Notes under the pieces: model-generated
What the model saw: only the letters and a program-made list of their open reading frames with translations
The model's database searches: none
Told to the model about the DNA's origin: nothing
Position numbers and translations under genes: made by a program
DNA from: a virus
Lineage: Duplodnaviria > Caudoviricetes
DNA: 64,000 nucleotides
Reading direction: 5' to 3' (one strand)
IMG/VR virus record: IMGVR_UViG_3300020577_005397
Coordinates: 2,746-66,745 of that record
Shown here: in pieces, positions 63,318 through 64,000 of the stretch
Numbering within the stretch: position 1 is the first letter of the stretch
How the letters are laid out: every line of letters begins with the position of its first letter

Positions 63318-64000
63318 GGGGTTTCCGTGGTGCCGTACTCAACGGGGGAGAAGACCGAGGTGTGTTCTACGTCTTCTCTACTCATTGTATACGAGATTTC
63401 GCCATATTCACTAAAATGTGCTACCTGTGACATCTGGGTGGGGTAGGACACCACATCCAGGAGGGCCAGGGACACCGTTCCGGGCTCGATTGGCCCAGTC
63501 AGGATCAGGCTGTCCCGTGTCGGCCAGCCGATTGCAGGAATACATTCCTCGGAAAGCGTGCTACCGAGGGAGGTAGACTGCCCGGTCGGCCAGCCCACAG
63601 CCAGGACTGCGGTGTCTTCCGCACCGGCCCCGAGGCTCACAGTCTCTGTCGTGCGGTGAGTCTGTCCGGGGGCAGCAACGTCCAGGAGCGTAGTGCCGAT
63701 CAGAGCAGCACTGACGCTGAACAGAGTCCAGGCAAGAGAAGGACTGTCGGGGGAGGTAATCCCCAGGCTCAGATTGTCTCTGCTGTCGTATCCTATTGCC
63801 GGAGCTGCCGTGTCCTGTGGCGAGCTGCCCAGGGACAGAGAATCTTGAGTGACCAGCCCAAAATTGGCGCTGGCTGTATCATTGAAGCTAACAGTGGCCC
63901 CAACCGAGACTGCATCGACAGTGGGAAGAGCCAGCGCAAGAGATGCCGTATCGGATCGAGTTATACCCGCCGATACCGCGTCTTGACTGGAATGCCCCTG
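63314..64000 (-). CDS. Ser/Thr/Ala-rich virion protein, 5' end beyond the window
   Basis: Frame of track ORF 63314..63640 stays open to 64000; recurrent D-x-x-S/A-L spacing. Confidence 0.7.
   Translation of the reverse strand, partial: QGHSSQDAVSAGITRSDTASLALALPTVDAVSVGATVSFNDTASANFGLVTQDSLSLGSSPQDTAAPAIGYDSRDNLSLGITSPDSPSLAWTLFSVSAALIGTTLLDVAAPGQTHRTTETVSLGAGAEDTAVLAVGWPTGQSTSLGSTLSEECIPAIGWPTRDSLILTGPIEPGTVSLALLDVVSYPTQMSQVAHFSEYGEISYTMSREDVEHTSVFSPVEYGTTETP

Noticed and set aside
1-64000. Integrase, repressor, reverse transcriptase/DGR, transposase, rRNA, canonical tRNA
   Set aside because: No diagnostic motifs recognised in the ORF track or the sequence

Overview
The window is a large part of a high-GC tailed dsDNA phage genome (siphovirus-like: tape measure, Dit-like and tail tube genes). 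I saw no integrase, CRISPR array or RT. Both window edges fall inside leftward virion genes, so the window may hold most of a circularly permuted genome (inference). Layout: (i) 1-5.1 kb, minus: terS, terL, portal, holin-like and fibre-like genes; (ii) 5.75-6.18 kb, a structured non-coding block with an 87-nt RNA that looks like the tRNA-like domain of tmRNA without any mRNA-like domain, flanked by degenerate cloverleaves; (iii) 6.2-10.4 kb minus and 10.8-16.9 kb plus, divergent early-type small genes with sigma70-like, often leaderless promoters around a GGGCCC-rich spacer, the plus arm carrying about 26 co-oriented GCGGTTG heptamers; (iv) MoxR AAA+/vWA pair and HNH; (v) tandem Trp-rich paralogs at 20.6-23.3 kb and a promoter-driven ~400-nt structured RNA candidate at 23.3-23.7 kb; (vi) replication/recombination genes (primase, DnaB, PolA, RecA-like, RuvC-like) and a phased TGGNACA-N4-TGTNCCA array at 34.7 kb; (vii) 42-64 kb, minus: head, glycosyltransferase/methyltransferase cassette, tail and endolysin genes. 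Function calls come from motifs read by eye; no searches were run. The host is unknown; a high-GC monoderm such as Chloroflexota or Actinomycetota is a guess.
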